In this document: positions 60,743 through 64,000 of the stretch, one piece after another
How positions within the stretch are numbered: the first letter of the stretch is position 1
Layout of the letters: each line of letters opens with the position of its first letter
Assembly (NCBI RefSeq): GCF_001194135.2
Contig: NC_068998.1
Coordinates: forward strand, 2,314,488 to 2,378,487
Direction of reading: 5' to 3'
DNA length: 64,000 bases
From: Octopus bimaculoides
Taxonomy: Eukaryota
The notes under the pieces: generated by a model
Told to the model about the DNA's origin: nothing
The model's database searches: none
Seen by the model: the letters and a program-made list of their open reading frames with translations, nothing else
Program-made: the position numbers and the translations under genes

Positions 60743-60965
60743 GAATGGTGTATTGCCAAAATACTTGAAGCACCAGACAAAAATGCCTGGTGGTATTTCT
60801 TCCAGTTCATTATGTTCTGAGTTTAAACTCTGCTATGGTTGACTTTGCTTTCCATTCATTTGCTGTCACTAGAACAGATACCTGCTGATATACTGGGGTC
60901 GATGTACTCAACTAACTCCCTCTCCATAAAATTACTGATATTGAATTCAAATTTGAAGCCATTAT
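60586..60965 (+). mobile_element. Two diverged family A SINE pieces separated by (ATT)n; another diverged copy at ~59130-59280
   Basis: CAACTTTGCCTTTCATC..GGGGTCAATAAAATAA and TTCTGAGTTTAAACTCTGCTATGGTTGACTTTGC..ACTGGGGTCGATGTA. Confidence 0.65.
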
Positions 60966-61566
60966 CTGTGATGGACTCTGGAGAGCAAAGTGCCTTGGCC
61001 AGAAACAAAGTACAGCAAACTGTAACACACTGTACCCCAGTGTGGTGCCTACTTACAGCTAGGTGGACTGGGTTGTTGCTTGTGAGCTCTCTTGGTGATG
61101 GACACGGTACAGTGAATTCTATCATATTTGTGGTACCTATTTACAGCCCAGTGCACTGAGTTATTCCAGCACTGAGTGCCTTGGCTGTGGAGACATGGTG
61201 CCATTGTAGGAACCAATAAGCCCTTGGTTATGTATATTTTCCACCTGATTCACCCAGCCACTTATGTCCACCTTTCCTTACAATGTGTGTTTGTGTGTGA
61301 GAATATTAATTCCTACACCTTTATGGTAATTTACCTCACTCCTACCCCTTCTTCTCCTCCCTCCTCCCCTCCTTCTCCTCCAGATGATTTCAGTTTTGGT
61401 TTCTTTTACTGTGTTGTTGTTGTTATTGTAATTTTACTTCTTTCTCTCTCTCTCTCTCTCTCTTCCTCCTTCCCTTGTTCATCTCTCCTCATGTTCTCTC
61501 CTTCTTTCATCATTTCCCCTCACCTCACTCGCCCTCCCCACCACCACTGAAAGGAAGAGGTGGGTG

Positions 61567-61579
61567 GTTGCTGGGTAAC
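61567..61579. promoter_or_regulatory. RFX-like site GTTGCTGGGTAAC overlapping a TGGGTGGTT (Gli-like) motif
   Basis: Direct motif match in unique sequence at 61561-61579. Confidence 0.25.
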
Positions 61580-61880
61580 GGGGGGCAGGGTGACTGCTTA
61601 CTCTCCCTAAGAAATATTAATTGCTGAAAGAGAATGACTATAAAAGATTATTTACTGTTCAGTAACTCTCTCTCCTTCCCCCCTCTCTCTCTAGCACTAC
61701 TCCCTCACCCTGCCACCAGCCAGAAAGCCTGTTAGTCCGAGGGTGGGGGTGTAAGGCTTAGTGTTCCAATACTTCACCCAACCATCTGAGAAACTTGCTA
61801 AGTGTCCCTCATACTTCAAACAACAACTCACCTTTGGGACTCATCTGTATTCACTCACCATAACACACACACACACACAC

Positions 61881-61921
<41 letters not shown>

Positions 61922-63292
61922 AACCCAGCTAAGGTGGTACCTGGGTGGCGTAGTGTTCACCTACTAAACCCAGCTATCTGAGAAAGTTATTAGTAAGTGC
62001 GCAACAATAACAACAGCAACAACAGCACAAAACTTCTCAGCATTTGAGACTCAACTCTGCCGTAATCTCAGTGTTGCTTATTATTTGCTAGAGCTGTGTG
62101 TGTGTGTGTATGTGTGTGTGTGTGTGTGTGCATATACGCCTACATGCAAAAAATGCTACATACACGCATACATATTCTCACCATCACCTGTAAAGATGTA
62201 TGAATTTACATAGATACACATACACACACACATTGTGGTAGGTTCTTGTTGGATAATATTATCAGATATTATTATCGAGAAGATTTCACCCAAAAGTGAT
62301 CACAATACCCGGCTTCTGACATGTGTGTGTGTGTGTGTGTGAGTGTACCATTTGTTCTGTACACCTGTGTGTGTGATTATGGTTGTATATATGTATGTGT
62401 TAATTTGTGCTTTTTTTTTTTGTGGGTGGGGTAAATGAAAGAAAGGTAAATGGGTGGTGAGAAGCAGGTGGTGATGGTGGTGGTGGTGATATTAATGTTG
62501 TTGATGATGATGATGGTGGTGGTGGTAGGTGTGATGCTAGTGATTGTTGTTGTTATNNNNNNNNNNNNNNNNNNNNNNNNNNNNNNNNNNNNNNNNNNNN
62601 NNNNNNNNNNNNNNNNNNNNNNNNNNNNNNNNNNNNNNNNNNNNNNNNNNNNNNNNNNNNNNNNNNNNNNNNNNNNNNNNNNNNNNNNNNNNNNNNNNNN
62701 NNNNNNNNNNNNNNNNNNNNNNNNNNNNNNNNNNNNNNNNNNNNNNNNNNNNNNNNNNNNNNNNNNNNNNNNNNNNNNNNNNNNNNNNNNNNNNNNNNNN
62801 NNNNNNNNNNNNNNNNNNNNNNNNNNNNNNNNNNNNNNNNNNNNNNNNNGTATTATAAACAAACATCTCATCATCTCCACCACCACCACCACCACCACCA
62901 CCGCCGCCACCACCACCTGTTCACTTGCATCATCCCCTTCCACTTCTACCCTCTTCACCCCCTCCATCGTCACAATTTTCTTTTCTCTCACCTTTCTGTA
63001 ATTTATTTATTACCCATCCCCACTCGCCCTATTACCTTGCCCTTTCTTCATCACTTTCTCTCTCTCTCTCTGCTCATACCTTTTTCTCCTCTCTATGCTC
63101 TCTCTCTCTCTCTTTCCCTCTTATAACCCATGTATCTGTATCGTACCCCCCCTCTCTCTCCCAGCCTTGCATGTTTTCTCTCCTATCTTTTTCTTCACTC
63201 TCCCCCTTTCAGCATTGTTCTTTACTCCCTCACACAAACAGATAAATTAGAGAGAGAGAGAGAGAGAGAGAGACTGATCCATTTTTCTTATT

Positions 63293-63409
63293 ATTAATAA
63301 TTGGCAGAAGTTACGGAGTGACACAAGGACCAAAAGTGTTGCTCCTTAGGCGTCAATGAACGAAACTCTCAGGCGTTGAGTCACTCTGTAACTTCCACTG
63401 ATTGTTAAT
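63293..63409 (+). other. Long imperfect hairpin: 16-bp core stem extended by G-U-rich pairs, 57-nt interior
   Basis: GAAGTTACGGAGTGAC (63307-22) pairs with GTCACTCTGTAACTTC (63380-95) with one G-U pair; ~12 further pairs follow a 2x2 internal loop. Confidence 0.6.
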
Positions 63410-63429
63410 TAAAAAAGAAAAGTATCAGC

Positions 63430-63462
<33 letters not shown>

Positions 63463-63585
63463 CAACATTAATAATACACATGCAACACACACTCGCATGT
63501 AACTTCCGAATGTGTTGTCTGGTCACTAAAGGGGGATACTACATGTCCATGTAATGTGTGTTGGAGTCCAGTCTTGTGCAGTCTA

Positions 63586-63621
<36 letters not shown>

Positions 63622-63740
63622 CGATGAGGATTAAGGAAGGATTAAGGTGAAATGAAACAAGTCAACTGGAAAAATAAACATTTGCCAGAAACTCAGCTTG
63701 CTGGGGGCTTGTGGTTGTATAGTACTCTCTCTCTCTCTCT

Positions 63741-63775
<35 letters not shown>

Positions 63776-63884
63776 GTGGGTGAGTGGCATGGTTAAATGG
63801 ACATTTATATGATTGCAGACTTACAGGTTCAAATCTTACAAGATCTATTCGGTTCTACCACAATCAGAACCATTTTCCCAGGCT

Positions 63885-64000
63885 CTTTGTTGTTGTTATT
63901 TAGCCCTGAGTTGACCCCTCCCCCATCCCGCACTTGAGCGGATCTAATCAAAGGTATTCCAGCCATGACCTTCCCACCTTTTTTCAGATATACTGTATCA
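63885..64000 (-). mobile_element. Family C retroposon, tail end (runs off the window)
   Basis: TTGTTGTTGTTATTTAGCCCTGAG..ATCAAAGGTATTCCAGCCATGACC. Confidence 0.7.

Larger units (their letters stand above)
1..64000. repeat. Pervasive simple repeats ((CA)n, (TA)n, (GA)n, (TAA)n, (GAT)n, (ATAG)n, (ATGT)n) and 15 assembly gaps
   Basis: Gaps at 2144-53, 4574-4653, 16290-16536, 20059-68, 24982-25349, 29024-29780, 32229-38, 38457-38536, 41618-42204, 46007-46910, 48360-69, 49681-90, 51712-52336, 58449-58600, 62557-62849; most are bordered by microsatellites. Confidence 0.95.

Noticed and set aside
110-63245. Long ORFs in the supplied track (poly-HT, CV, YI, SL, ER and X-runs)
   Set aside because: They are translations of dinucleotide microsatellites or N-gaps, which lack stop codons; none has a recognisable domain.

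Overview
AT-rich, microsatellite-saturated, gap-containing (15 N-runs) animal genomic DNA. The repeat families look like those of Octopus/coleoid cephalopods; this is inferred from recognising the repeats, not from a search. No ORF in the supplied track is a credible protein: the long ones are (CA/TG/TA/GA)n translations or N-gaps. The window is almost entirely non-coding. It contains dozens of SINE copies from at least four modular families (A: Nin/Deu-like; B and D: CORE-like with different tails; C: (CAA)n-tailed), decayed RTE and CR1-type LINE fragments, two Helentron/DINE-1-like (HINE) non-autonomous elements, a probable MITE, a ~380-bp fold-back element and several minisatellites. Only tiny, unverified exon candidates are visible: a 29-nt minus-strand microexon at 2031-2059 and plus-strand candidates at 7408-7452, 20536-20853 and 23306-23431. 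These may form a head-to-head gene pair around a YY1/ETS/GC-box cluster at 6427-6470. No gene could be named. The most interesting signals are two or three decayed minimal hammerhead-ribozyme motifs, a tandemly duplicated pair of perfectly palindromic RFX X-boxes, the long fold-back (a potential ADAR dsRNA substrate), two compact multi-hairpin segments, and tandem repeats that generate nuclear-receptor DR5/DR2-like and Gli-like site arrays. I found no convincing new multi-gene system. Most repeat coordinates are approximate (+/-10-20 bp).
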